63,373 bases of DNA from an uncultured virus (IMG/VR IMGVR_UViG_3300031521_000018) (taxonomy: Duplodnaviria; Heunggongvirae; Uroviricota; Caudoviricetes): the IMG/VR virus record IMGVR_UViG_3300031521_000018, positions 62,001-125,373 of that record; one strand, 5' to 3'. This document shows positions 1-9,746 of this stretch, piece after piece. Position 1 is the first letter of the stretch. The number at the start of each line of letters is the position of its first letter. A model generated the notes under the pieces. The model had not been told where the DNA came from, ran no database searches, and saw only the letters and a list, made by a program, of their open reading frames with translations. Position numbers and translations under genes: made by a program.

Positions 1-75
1 AAGGATAGAATTAAAACAATCTTCGAAATGACTAACGAGGATTATAAATTGGCGTATGATAATATTGTTAAATAA
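1..75 (+). CDS. 3' end of an upstream ORF (partial; ...KDRIKTIFEMTNEDYKLAYDNIVK*)
   Basis: Open frame from base 1 to TAA at 73-75, followed by a hairpin. Confidence 0.55.
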   Translation, partial: KDRIKTIFEMTNEDYKLAYDNIVK

Positions 76-93
76 TTTAAAAATATGTGTATA

Positions 94-124
94 TAAGACC
101 TCTATTAAATTAATAGAGGTCTTA
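94..124 (+). terminator. Perfect hairpin, probable terminator
   Basis: taagacctctattaa-a-ttaatagaggtctta inverted repeat. Confidence 0.6.
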
Positions 125-133
125 GAATATTTT

Positions 134-715
134 ATGATTTATAAGGAATATAGGTCTTATAACATAAGTAAATTTGGGTATTTTGTAAACATAGATGAAG
201 ATCAAGAGTCAAAAATAACCCATGTTCATTACACAGGTATAAAAAGATTATACAAACTTGAAACATATGGTGGTAAAACCTTATATGCCACCCAAGACCA
301 TATACTTCCTATATATCAGGTTACAGAGGTGTTAAAAGGAAATGATAAATTTTTTTCTATTGCTGATCTCAAACACAAAATTGATATGCATACAGGCAGC
401 AAATATAGTGTTATAAATTCAGGTGGATTCTGTGAGGAGGTAAAATCGATAGAAAAAATATTGGGATTTCATAGAGTATTTGACTTAACTATAAGTAACA
501 AAATGCATGTATTCGTTGCTAATGGTATCAAAGTGCATAACTGTGTAACTGCCGATACTGGTATAGAAATACTCAACAAAGAAACCTCAGAATTCAATCA
601 CATTCCAATATTTGAACTGTATTATTCAAACATAAAATCTAAAAATTGGTTAACCAAATTTGAATATTGGTTAACAAAAACAATTTATAAAATAAATAAT
701 AAAAACAAAGTGTAA
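134..715 (+). CDS. Stand-alone intein-only protein: IntC (blocks B, F, G) fused directly to a second IntN (block A)
   Basis: Block B 'LYATQDH', block F 'VFDLTI', block G 'VFVANGIKVHN', then 'CVTADTGIEI' (Cys codon 542-544). Start set at ATG 134, after the hairpin (ORF track starts at 56). Confidence 0.85.
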   Translation: MIYKEYRSYNISKFGYFVNIDEDQESKITHVHYTGIKRLYKLETYGGKTLYATQDHILPIYQVTEVLKGNDKFFSIADLKHKIDMHTGSKYSVINSGGFCEEVKSIEKILGFHRVFDLTISNKMHVFVANGIKVHNCVTADTGIEILNKETSEFNHIPIFELYYSNIKSKNWLTKFEYWLTKTIYKINNKNKV

Positions 716-725
716 TTTTACGTTT

Positions 726-1259
726 ATGAAAGAAGCTATATTAACATGTGACCAATTAACAGTGTACTCTCCAAATTACCGTGTGAAAATTATTAAACGT
801 GGACACCGTGGATTTGTTATAGATAATAGCTTTATAAAAATATTCTGTATATCTCATGATGGAATAACGTTTTCATATAAAATTGAAAATAATGATTTTG
901 AATATACAGATAAAGAATATAAACGCAATAATATAGATGTAATCAAAAATTTTGTAACTGAAAGTAATGAAAAGGATGAATTATACACTTTACTTTCAAC
1001 CGTACTTCTCAATAATAGCATAAATATTTACTCCAAAGATATGTATGCTAAAGCCATACACAACATATGTTCATCTAAAACTTATAAAAGTGATATTCTT
1101 CCTATACCATGTGATGAATATAGCTTTTATGAACTAATAGAGGAATGGTACACAAATAATGAAAGCGAAAATGATGAAGAACTGTTAACCAAGATTTTAC
1201 AAATTCTTCTTTTTGAATGTGAAGCCAACAATATTGATATTAATAAATTATTTGTATGA
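726..1259 (+). CDS. Hypothetical protein
   Basis: 177-aa ORF overlapping the next start (ATGA). Confidence 0.7.
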   Translation: MKEAILTCDQLTVYSPNYRVKIIKRGHRGFVIDNSFIKIFCISHDGITFSYKIENNDFEYTDKEYKRNNIDVIKNFVTESNEKDELYTLLSTVLLNNSINIYSKDMYAKAIHNICSSKTYKSDILPIPCDEYSFYELIEEWYTNNESENDEELLTKILQILLFECEANNIDINKLFV

Positions 1260-1999
1260 CAAAGAAAGAATTTGTAAATTGGTTAATCGATGAATTAACT
1301 GAGGGTGGTACTATTCCCGCCTCACCTAAAGTCCATAGAATTGAAACCATAATTAATAACACAAGGGATTATTATTATGAGTTATCTGATTTATCTCATG
1401 AATTTTGCTATATAGTAATAAGACAAACAGCATTTAATACACCATTGTTCAAGGCAAAGCGACAAATAGCTATGCCTGATGCTACTCATGCTATAACTAG
1501 AATACGCACATTGTCAGGTAATTTTAATGATGGCTTGTATACAGGTAAAGACACAGATTTTAAGCAAACCAATTGGAATTTTGCAATGGGTATAGCGGGT
1601 GATTCAGGTGCTATGCTTACAGCCATAACATATAATTTTTATACATCATTTTTAACAAATTTTATGGTTAAAGATTTGATATATGATTTTAATCAGAATA
1701 CCCATATGATAACGGTTGATGGTCAAGATATGAAATCAAGTGTACTTGCTGAATGTAGTATGAAAATACCCGAAGAAATGTTATATAATGATGTGATGTT
1801 TAAGAAATATTGCCTTGGTAAATGTAAAGTGTCATTCGCCAATATCGTAGCATTCACAGATCAAAAATTGATTGGTGGTTATAAAATAAATTTTACGGAA
1901 ATTAAAAGTGATGGTAAAGATATGATAAAAGAAGTGGATAAATATCTTATGGACTACCAATTAAATTCTGCATCGCTTGGAATCATGTATACAGATTAA
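1256..1999 (+). CDS. Neck protein, T4 gp13-like
   Basis: C-terminal 'LYNDVMFKKYCLGKCK...KLIGGYKINF..IK.DG' resembles the gp13 signature. Confidence 0.7.
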   Translation: MTKKEFVNWLIDELTEGGTIPASPKVHRIETIINNTRDYYYELSDLSHEFCYIVIRQTAFNTPLFKAKRQIAMPDATHAITRIRTLSGNFNDGLYTGKDTDFKQTNWNFAMGIAGDSGAMLTAITYNFYTSFLTNFMVKDLIYDFNQNTHMITVDGQDMKSSVLAECSMKIPEEMLYNDVMFKKYCLGKCKVSFANIVAFTDQKLIGGYKINFTEIKSDGKDMIKEVDKYLMDYQLNSASLGIMYTD

Positions 2000-2032
2000 A
2001 AAAAGGTTGTGTTATAGTATACAAAATTTTAC

Positions 2033-2040
2033 TAAATAAT
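2033..2040 (+). promoter_or_regulatory. Putative late promoter TAAATAAT (representative copy)
   Basis: Same motif shortly upstream of many late-type genes: 2765, 8105, 8896, 9726, 15459, 16804, 37150, 42022, 57008, 58980 and minus strand near 62240; TAAATAAA variants at 21284 and 38902. Resembles T4 TATAAATA. Confidence 0.6.
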
Positions 2041-2071
2041 TAAAACAATAATATCAAAAATTTATTATATT

Positions 2072-2638
2072 ATGGAAAACTATAAATTTTCAGGCTCAAG
2101 AGCAGCGGTTAATCTAGATGAACCTGTATTCCTGACTAGATATAAAGCTAATATCATATTACCCGCTTCTTTACAACAAAAATATGGAAATGCCTCATTA
2201 TTGTTGGAACAACATCTTAAAATTGATGGACTTGATAATGATAAAATTCCAGGAACTGTTTCTCAAAAATATAAACACCATGATAGAACATTTTTGGGAA
2301 CTATTGTTGATACAAAAATGGCACTAACATTTGATTTTGAGGTAAATGTTAACCCTGATACACTTATACCCTACCCATACGATTTACTTAGGGATTGGTC
2401 AAAGCTTTCATATGACCCCGCAACAGGATTACAGACACTTAAGAGAGATCATACAGGGTCTGCAACTGTTGAAATTACAAACAAAATAGGTCAACTTATT
2501 AAATATTATGATATTCCTATTTTCTTCCCTATAACACAATTACCCGCTTGGAATTTGAACCAAACTACCGAAGGTATTTACAAAATCACAGGGTTTAAGT
2601 TTCAATGTGAAAATCAAAAGGACTTACTTGCAGGATAA
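2072..2638 (+). CDS. Tail tube protein, T4 gp19-like
   Basis: 'EPVFLTRY...RTFLG...LTFDFEVN...LRDWSKLSYDPATG...RDHTGS' pattern; typical size; late motif upstream. Confidence 0.7.
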   Translation: MENYKFSGSRAAVNLDEPVFLTRYKANIILPASLQQKYGNASLLLEQHLKIDGLDNDKIPGTVSQKYKHHDRTFLGTIVDTKMALTFDFEVNVNPDTLIPYPYDLLRDWSKLSYDPATGLQTLKRDHTGSATVEITNKIGQLIKYYDIPIFFPITQLPAWNLNQTTEGIYKITGFKFQCENQKDLLAG

Positions 2639-2662
2639 TAACGCACATTATATTATTAATAA

Positions 2663-2697
2663 TTTGACCACCAAATATAGTATTATTGGTGGTCAAA
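2663..2697 (+). terminator. Terminator-like hairpin
   Basis: tttgaccaccaa ... ttggtggtcaaa. Confidence 0.6.
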
Positions 2698-2791
2698 ATG
2701 TATTTTATAATAAAATGTCTTTGTATTAATATTGAATTTAATTAATATAATAATCTTTCGAAAATAAATAATATAAACAAAATATTTTATT

Positions 2792-4498
2792 ATGAATTGG
2801 ATTAATAAAGATAATAGCTATTTTCTTGAATATGATAACACTTTACTCATATCTGTTGATACTGATGGTAATTACTATTTATTCAACAACAAAGAAAATC
2901 AAAAATATTTGGTTGGTGTTCAGGGTGATTCAGAAAACGTAATTAAATCAAATGCTGAGGAAATAATGAAACAATATACACTTACCGTTAAAAATGCATC
3001 AGCTGTGTTATTGGCGGGGCTTATTAATTTAATTAAAACAGAAGGTTCTGATGATTCAGGAGTTTATAAAAAGCTTGTTAATGCAAGATTCTTACCACCT
3101 ACTGTTATACCTCAATATGTGTTAAAATACATAAATCCTGAGGATTTGGTAAAAACTATGAATGATGATGGTGGTAGTATGAGGGTACTTGATTTGTATA
3201 ATGATATAATATCAATAGACCCATCAACTCAATCTGTTGCATCGGTAACAAACACAAATAATGGCAGAAACGTAATTATAGAAGAAGCTATTGATTTTAT
3301 AGCAAAAAGTAATAAAAATTCACTTGTTGTAACTCAAGGTGAGAAAATTTTTGAAGGTGCTGAGAATTATATATCATCTGAGGAAACCCCGTTAAAAGGA
3401 TTTTCGATTAAGCTTGAGGATGTATATTCAACTATAAGCGTTGTATTTTTAGGTGATTGTATTTATATTATCGTTGTAGATGAAATAAACAGTATTGATG
3501 AAATGTTCAAGTATGATGATAATGTTCAAGAATACATCCTCAATTCTTATGGAATTGATTTGAATTCATACTTTAATACTGAGCCAATAAACGAGGATTT
3601 TGATATTTCAAAAGTAGATGATGCTGAAAATAATAATGATGATAATCTTGATACCAAAAATACTGATACTGAAAATGTGGATGCCAATAATATCAACACT
3701 GAAAATGTGGATGGTGAAAACATGGATGGAGAGCAAGATAATTCATTTAACTTTGATAGCATAGTTTCTGAAAATGATGAAGAATATATACAGGAACTTG
3801 AAATAATACAAAGAAACATTAAAAAAATTGAATCACTTCCTGATGAAATAAGATATAATGCTGATATAGAAGAGGTTTATTTGTTGCTTTTGGGTAAAAA
3901 AGAACAAATACAAAAACTTTCCGACACAGAAAAATCCGATAAAATTATTGACAAAGTTGTATCGGAAATATCAACTGAACTCGGCAACATTGAAGGTCTT
4001 ACTAATATAAAGAAAGATGATGATAGTAACGACCTTGAAAACCATATTGATATAAACGAGGGTAGAGAATTTAATTTTAAAGGTAAGCTTATAAAGCCTG
4101 TTATTATTAACAAGTTTGGTGTTTTTGAAAAATCTCTAATTATTGATAAGAAAATGCATAAGATTAATGAATCGGCTGATATAAGGAAAATACTTGAAAG
4201 CTATATTGCAGACGATGATGAATCTACAGAAGATATTATCAATAAACTTATGGAAACAGAGGAAACTGTTATAATAAACAGATTTCGTGCGTATAAAATT
4301 ATAGAATTAAGAAAAAATAATAACCTTATAACATTCAAATGTTGGAAATACAGCTTTAAAGAATTGGAAAATGTTAATAATGATGTTAATCAATTAATTA
4401 ACAATACAAAACCTTTCAGAAATGTAACGTATGATATTAATAATTCTGATACTATAAAATTATTAACTGAAGATATAAATTATTTTAGTATTATATAA
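2792..4498 (+). CDS. Acidic hypothetical protein, probably virion/head-associated
   Basis: 568 aa, D/E/N-rich, several INE/IFE motifs, late motif upstream. Confidence 0.5.
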   Translation: MNWINKDNSYFLEYDNTLLISVDTDGNYYLFNNKENQKYLVGVQGDSENVIKSNAEEIMKQYTLTVKNASAVLLAGLINLIKTEGSDDSGVYKKLVNARFLPPTVIPQYVLKYINPEDLVKTMNDDGGSMRVLDLYNDIISIDPSTQSVASVTNTNNGRNVIIEEAIDFIAKSNKNSLVVTQGEKIFEGAENYISSEETPLKGFSIKLEDVYSTISVVFLGDCIYIIVVDEINSIDEMFKYDDNVQEYILNSYGIDLNSYFNTEPINEDFDISKVDDAENNNDDNLDTKNTDTENVDANNINTENVDGENMDGEQDNSFNFDSIVSENDEEYIQELEIIQRNIKKIESLPDEIRYNADIEEVYLLLLGKKEQIQKLSDTEKSDKIIDKVVSEISTELGNIEGLTNIKKDDDSNDLENHIDINEGREFNFKGKLIKPVIINKFGVFEKSLIIDKKMHKINESADIRKILESYIADDDESTEDIINKLMETEETVIINRFRAYKIIELRKNNNLITFKCWKYSFKELENVNNDVNQLINNTKPFRNVTYDINNSDTIKLLTEDINYFSII

Positions 4499-4518
4499 AT
4501 TACATTTAGACTATATAC

Positions 4519-4556
4519 TTAAACGCCTGTAAATATAAAAATTTACAGGCGTTTAA
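4519..4556 (+). terminator. Terminator-like hairpin
   Basis: ttaaacgcctgtaaat ... atttacaggcgtttaa. Confidence 0.65.
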
Positions 4557-4626
4557 TTGTCTAATAATGAATATTTTAATATCCAAGAAATATAAGATAT
4601 TAAAATAACGATATAATAAAAATATT

Positions 4627-6423
4627 ATGGCAAAGCAATTTTTCGTAGGCGATTCAGCCAAACTTTCAGATGTCAGTAATTTTATTGGACAATTCTTACC
4701 TGATGATTCAATATCTATGATTGATCAACCTGATATTGAATTTATTCCAAGTGGTTCATTTGTGCTTTCGGCTTGTATGAGTGGCTCACTTTTTGGTGGT
4801 GTTCCAAGTGGGCATTGTGTTATGATTTCGGGTGACCCAAAGACAGGAAAAAGCTATATAGTGTTGGATATTATAAGATTTTGTCAAATGTTAGGATATT
4901 ATCCAATTATATTTGATTCTGAGCACGCACACAGCAAGGAAAGATATATTGGTCAGGGTATAGACCCTGAAAATTGTCGTATTATTGTTCCTGAAACCAT
5001 AAACGAAATTACATCACCGATGGTTCAATTAACTCAATCATTGATGGATACAGCAGTAAAAATCACTGCAGAAAATAAAAAATTACCTTTAGATCAGAAA
5101 AAGTCAATTCCAAAAGTAGCTGTTTTTATTGATTCAGTTACATCTCTTAATTCATCAAAACAATTAGCCGATGCTTTGGAAGGTGAAATGAAAACTGATA
5201 TGGGTACAGTTGCCAAAGAACTTAAGGTAATGTACAATCTTTTGATACCAAGGTTCGGAAAATTAGGTATACCAATGGTTTGTACGGCACATACTTATGA
5301 AAAAGAGGAATTTCATCAGAAAGTTAAAACAATATCGGGTGGTAAAGGCTCAATGTATATGCCATCTATTGTTATTAATCTTCGTAAAACCTTTGATAAA
5401 GATGAAAATAAGCAGAAACAAGGTATAATCGTTACGGCTGAAATTATGGAGTCCCGTTTTTCAATGCACAGACCTGTTACTTTTTATATTTCTTTTACAA
5501 AAGGTATCAACAGATTTTTGGGGCTTGAGGAATTCATTTCATGGGATGTGTGTGGTATAACTAAAGGTAAAATGGTTGACTACATGAGTACTGCTCAGGA
5601 ACTTATTTCAAAGAAATTGGTGACTGTTGAAACCATACTTTCTACAAAATTTTCTACAAAATTGCTTTCGGCACAACTTGCTAAAAGCAAAGAAGAATCA
5701 TTCCAACCATCGTTTGAAGACGATTTGGATAATGGTTGTATAGAATTTGACTCTAATACAGACCAACAAATATGTTTACCAAATCTTATAGGATTTTTGG
5801 AAGATAGCGGTCATAACGTTAACCTTGAATTTGATACAGTATTCTTAAAGGAAAAAATGCAATTGAATGATATTTATTCAGATCAGGCATTTACTAAATG
5901 GATTCAGGGTTCAATAAGCAATGATGATTTGTTTGTTATGGGTAATGCCAAGATCAATATTGACAAGAACCAAAAATTCAAGTTTAAAAAGCCAATTTTG
6001 GATTCTATAAATAATAAGAAATATGAATACAGTGAATTCGTTTTCATGAATGAGGGTTCATCAAGCGATATAAAGTTTAATCTTAAACTTGATCAATCTT
6101 TTAAATTTACTGAAAAATTTGTAGCAGAGAAAATTAAAGATGGCAATGTGGTAAAAGAAGAACGCAAAATATGCAAGCCACAATCAACGTCTAACCAATA
6201 CTGTGTTAAGCATCTTAACAGGTGTGTTGAATTTAACCAATTATTTAACAAGACTGTTTTTGATACCGATACTCTTAAACAAATTGATGAAAAAATAATT
6301 AAACCATTATTCCAATATAGAACAGAATTTATTGAAAGTGAAAATAATTTGGAAGATAATGATAAAAGTGTAGAGGCAACAAATGATTTCGAAAATCAAA
6401 TGAATAATATCTTAAAACAGTAG
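4627..6423 (+). CDS. uvsX: UvsX/RecA-like recombinase with an enlarged C-terminal region
   Basis: 'SGSLFGGVP', Walker A 'GDPKTGKS', 'FDSE', Walker B 'VFIDS', 'SGGKG'. Confidence 0.9.
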   Translation: MAKQFFVGDSAKLSDVSNFIGQFLPDDSISMIDQPDIEFIPSGSFVLSACMSGSLFGGVPSGHCVMISGDPKTGKSYIVLDIIRFCQMLGYYPIIFDSEHAHSKERYIGQGIDPENCRIIVPETINEITSPMVQLTQSLMDTAVKITAENKKLPLDQKKSIPKVAVFIDSVTSLNSSKQLADALEGEMKTDMGTVAKELKVMYNLLIPRFGKLGIPMVCTAHTYEKEEFHQKVKTISGGKGSMYMPSIVINLRKTFDKDENKQKQGIIVTAEIMESRFSMHRPVTFYISFTKGINRFLGLEEFISWDVCGITKGKMVDYMSTAQELISKKLVTVETILSTKFSTKLLSAQLAKSKEESFQPSFEDDLDNGCIEFDSNTDQQICLPNLIGFLEDSGHNVNLEFDTVFLKEKMQLNDIYSDQAFTKWIQGSISNDDLFVMGNAKINIDKNQKFKFKKPILDSINNKKYEYSEFVFMNEGSSSDIKFNLKLDQSFKFTEKFVAEKIKDGNVVKEERKICKPQSTSNQYCVKHLNRCVEFNQLFNKTVFDTDTLKQIDEKIIKPLFQYRTEFIESENNLEDNDKSVEATNDFENQMNNILKQ

Positions 6424-6424
6424 T

Positions 6425-6673
6425 ATGGTAGATGTCAATAATTTAAAATTAAAATATATAACAGGACAGTATCTAAACCTTGATACAATAGAACCTGATG
6501 ATATTTTGTTTTTTCTTATTAATAAAAATAAGAAATCTATGAAATTAGAGGAAGTTAGAAAGTCAGTCGCAAATTCTGAGCAAAAGGAAAATGAATTTGA
6601 TTCATGTATAGCAAGACTTATTGAATCTAACAATATAAGAGTTGAAGATGGTAATATAAAAATTATTTCATAG
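6425..6673 (+). CDS. Small hypothetical protein (possible winged helix)
   Basis: 82-aa ORF between uvsX and the helicase. Confidence 0.6.
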   Translation: MVDVNNLKLKYITGQYLNLDTIEPDDILFFLINKNKKSMKLEEVRKSVANSEQKENEFDSCIARLIESNNIRVEDGNIKIIS

Positions 6674-6679
6674 ATTTTA

Positions 6680-8080
6680 ATGATAGATAACAGTACAACG
6701 GATTTTGAGCAAATAGTATTTTGTTACACCCAAAGAAGAAATAACCTAAATTTGATGGCTAAAATTGATGAATCTTTTTTTAAGGATTCATATTGTAGGC
6801 TTTTATTTAGGTTAGCTAAAGAATTCAATACTAGGTTCAGGGAGGCTCTCTTTGACACTGTTAGCCCTGATATCGGGCAAATAGAGGTCTTAGTAAAGGA
6901 AGACAAAGAAAACTATATCATTGATGCCAACAGCAATGTTGATGAAAATATAAGTAGATTCTTAAATATTTCAAGGCATATAATATCAACAAACATCAAT
7001 AATTATTCTGACATATGGCTTAAAGAAACCGTTGGTTCTTGGATTAGTTGGCAAAATGCTCAAGAGGGTTACAAATCGGCTGTAAAATACATGCAGACAC
7101 AGACTATAACACCCGACAATGTTAAGACAATCATCAACAGAGCAAAAGACATGGTTGTTAGACGTTCTTGTATCGACATGCATGAGGCTGAGATACACGA
7201 TTTTTGGGATGCTAAAGAACATGTTCAGATGAAAGCCGAAAATTATGTTAATAGTGGATTTCCCGCTATTAACCAAGCTTTGTCCGATTTTGAGGAAAAT
7301 GGCGGTTTTGCTCCTGGAACTTTAACTATATTTGCGGGTGCACCAAACAGTGGTAAATCATTAGTTTTGGGTAATTTAGCTGCGGGAATGTCTATTGCAA
7401 AGAAAAATGTTGTACTTGTATCTCTTGAAATGGGTATAGATAAAATATACAAGAGGATAGGTAGTAATATACTAAATATACCAATGTATGAATACGCACG
7501 TTTTTCTGAATCTCAGGATGTTGTACAAGATGCCTTAAGAAACATAATACATGATGCAAAAGGTGTTGGAGTATTCTTGGGTATGAGATATTCAAAGGCA
7601 ACCCCACTTACAATTGTTTCTGATATAAAAAGACTTGAAGAGGAAAGAGGTATACATTTTGATGCTATAATTTTGGATTATCTTACAGAACTTGGTAATG
7701 ATTTTGGTATTTCTCCCGAAAGTATGTACTCTTATCATAAATCCAATGCTGAGGTACTATTTCAAGCAGGTGTTGACAATGATTGGGCAATGGTAACAGC
7801 ACATCAAGCTACAATTAAAAATGCCAATACATCAGATATAGAGATGGGAAGCTTCTTATCTGAATCAAGTGGACTTTTCCATAGAGCTGATAATGTGATT
7901 GGTATGATAACACCCGAAACTATGCGTATGAATAAAGAATTTTATTTTAAATTTTTAAAAATTAGAGATTCACGTTATAAGGATTATTACCTAAAAATGA
8001 ATGTAGAGTACCAACATATGCGTATGACCGAAGCATCGGGTGTTATACCGCCTGAAAGTTACAAAATACTACCCCAATAA
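6680..8080 (+). CDS. Replicative helicase, T4 gp41/DnaB-like
   Basis: Walker A 'GAPNSGKS', 'SLEM', 'ILDY', 'TAHQ', 'SES...AD', 'KIR'. Confidence 0.9.
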   Translation: MIDNSTTDFEQIVFCYTQRRNNLNLMAKIDESFFKDSYCRLLFRLAKEFNTRFREALFDTVSPDIGQIEVLVKEDKENYIIDANSNVDENISRFLNISRHIISTNINNYSDIWLKETVGSWISWQNAQEGYKSAVKYMQTQTITPDNVKTIINRAKDMVVRRSCIDMHEAEIHDFWDAKEHVQMKAENYVNSGFPAINQALSDFEENGGFAPGTLTIFAGAPNSGKSLVLGNLAAGMSIAKKNVVLVSLEMGIDKIYKRIGSNILNIPMYEYARFSESQDVVQDALRNIIHDAKGVGVFLGMRYSKATPLTIVSDIKRLEEERGIHFDAIILDYLTELGNDFGISPESMYSYHKSNAEVLFQAGVDNDWAMVTAHQATIKNANTSDIEMGSFLSESSGLFHRADNVIGMITPETMRMNKEFYFKFLKIRDSRYKDYYLKMNVEYQHMRMTEASGVIPPESYKILPQ

Positions 8081-8132
8081 TATAATATACGTATCAAATT
8101 TTATTAAATAATTAAAATAAAATTTTTGAGCT

Positions 8133-8858
8133 ATGGGAGTTATACTATTGGATGTTATACAACAGGTCGTAAATCAGTCTGTCAAAAATAATGCAGAAAA
8201 TATAGGTAAATTATCATCGGATATTGAAAAATACGGCTTAACAACAACTAATACATCATTTGCTATTTGGATGTCAATTTCTTTGTTTACTGTTTTTATG
8301 ATTGTTTTCCTTATGATGTTTAAACAATTCATTAAATCAAGTAATTCTGAAACATCAAAGATTGTAGGGGATATAGCAGCGATAGCACCAACATTGGAAC
8401 GTGTTAGTGCATATTTGGAAAAAGTTTCAGAAAAAATAGATAATGATGCAAAGAAAGAAATAAACTTACAGCAATCTGTAGTAATAATAAAATCAATTTT
8501 CGATTCAGAGAAAATTGATATGATTAAATCGTTGTATAATACCTTGGAATCCGATGAAATTTGTGGAAATGATGATGGAAAAATAACAGAACTAGTAAGA
8601 AGTATTATACTTATACACAGGAATAAAAGCGTTGATTATATGAATGAATTTTATATCAACGGAAGGCAACTAGGAACTTTAGTTCCATCAATAGATATGG
8701 ACAAAACATTAGAAATTTGCGTAAGATACGTAAAATCAAGAAATAAACAAAAGGTACAAGTATTTATTGAAGAATTGGATAGGATACACAGAAACATTTA
8801 TATAATGATGAAGAAACGAATAAATGATATATTTGAAAACTTATCGGCAAACTATTAA
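8133..8858 (+). CDS. Single-TM membrane protein (holin-like topology possible)
   Basis: One hydrophobic segment (FAIWMSISLFTVFMIVFLMMF); late motif upstream. Confidence 0.45.
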   Translation: MGVILLDVIQQVVNQSVKNNAENIGKLSSDIEKYGLTTTNTSFAIWMSISLFTVFMIVFLMMFKQFIKSSNSETSKIVGDIAAIAPTLERVSAYLEKVSEKIDNDAKKEINLQQSVVIIKSIFDSEKIDMIKSLYNTLESDEICGNDDGKITELVRSIILIHRNKSVDYMNEFYINGRQLGTLVPSIDMDKTLEICVRYVKSRNKQKVQVFIEELDRIHRNIYIMMKKRINDIFENLSANY

Positions 8859-8923
8859 ATGAAAATTATAAATCAATGAATGATAGTAATATTACTAAAT
8901 AATAAAAATTAAAAATTCTAATT

Positions 8924-9637
8924 ATGAAAGCTTATAAAATCAACGAAACTTTTAAGTCTAAAATTGGTAAAAAACTTCCTGTTTTTGAAAATTTCGCTTC
9001 TGAAAAATTTGGTGTTGAGCTAACAGATGGTGACACTTACAAAACAACAGATGATTTAAGTGTTGATGATAAGGTTGTTTTACCTGTTGATTCAACATTA
9101 ACATATGTAGATGACCAAGGTACTTTTTCAAATGGTAGCGGTTCTTTTGTTTCTGACAATGGATATTTCCAATCTGAGGATGGTCAACAGTTTGACCCTG
9201 AGATTTTGTTATCAAATGAAATTATAAAAAAAGCTGAGGCAAATGAAGGTGGTAAAGCAAAAATCACAGAAATCACAGAATCAGAGGCGGATGAAATAAT
9301 TGATGATAAAATTATTGAAAGTGGAGATATTGATGGTATATTAACAGGTACTGAATCTGTTACTGATGATGTAAAAGATCAAATAATCGCTGCCACAAGT
9401 GCTACAGGTACTGAAACAATATCTGTTAATGATTTGGTTGGTGCAATGGTAGATGCGGGTATTCCATCTGATGTTGTTGGTGACATAGTTGATGCTACAG
9501 TTGATGCAATTGTGAACAATGAAGAAAATATTGATGAAGCCTGTAAAGATGGTATTAAAAAATCAATCAATGAATCAGTAAAGAAAAGGTATCGTAAAGC
9601 TGTTTTTGAAAACAAAAAAGCAAAAACAAGCAAATAA
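8924..9637 (+). CDS. Acidic prohead core/scaffold-like protein
   Basis: Directly upstream of portal; acidic; N-terminus MKAYKINE and repeated INE/VFE putative cleavage sites. Confidence 0.5.
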   Translation: MKAYKINETFKSKIGKKLPVFENFASEKFGVELTDGDTYKTTDDLSVDDKVVLPVDSTLTYVDDQGTFSNGSGSFVSDNGYFQSEDGQQFDPEILLSNEIIKKAEANEGGKAKITEITESEADEIIDDKIIESGDIDGILTGTESVTDDVKDQIIAATSATGTETISVNDLVGAMVDAGIPSDVVGDIVDATVDAIVNNEENIDEACKDGIKKSINESVKKRYRKAVFENKKAKTSK

Positions 9638-9657
9638 GTTACAAATATAGTACAAAT

Positions 9658-9688
9658 AAAGCCTGTGATGAACAATTACAGGCTTTTT
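9658..9688 (+). terminator. Rho-independent terminator
   Basis: aaagcctgtgat...attacaggcttttt. Confidence 0.6.
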
Positions 9689-9746
9689 AAATATAAGATA
9701 ATGAAACTTTTAAACAATATTTGTTTAAATAATATAAAATAAATTT

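Noticed and set aside
56..133. Longer N-terminus of the intein ORF given by the ORF track
   Set aside because: It overlaps the upstream ORF end and runs through a perfect hairpin; ATG 134 is more plausible.
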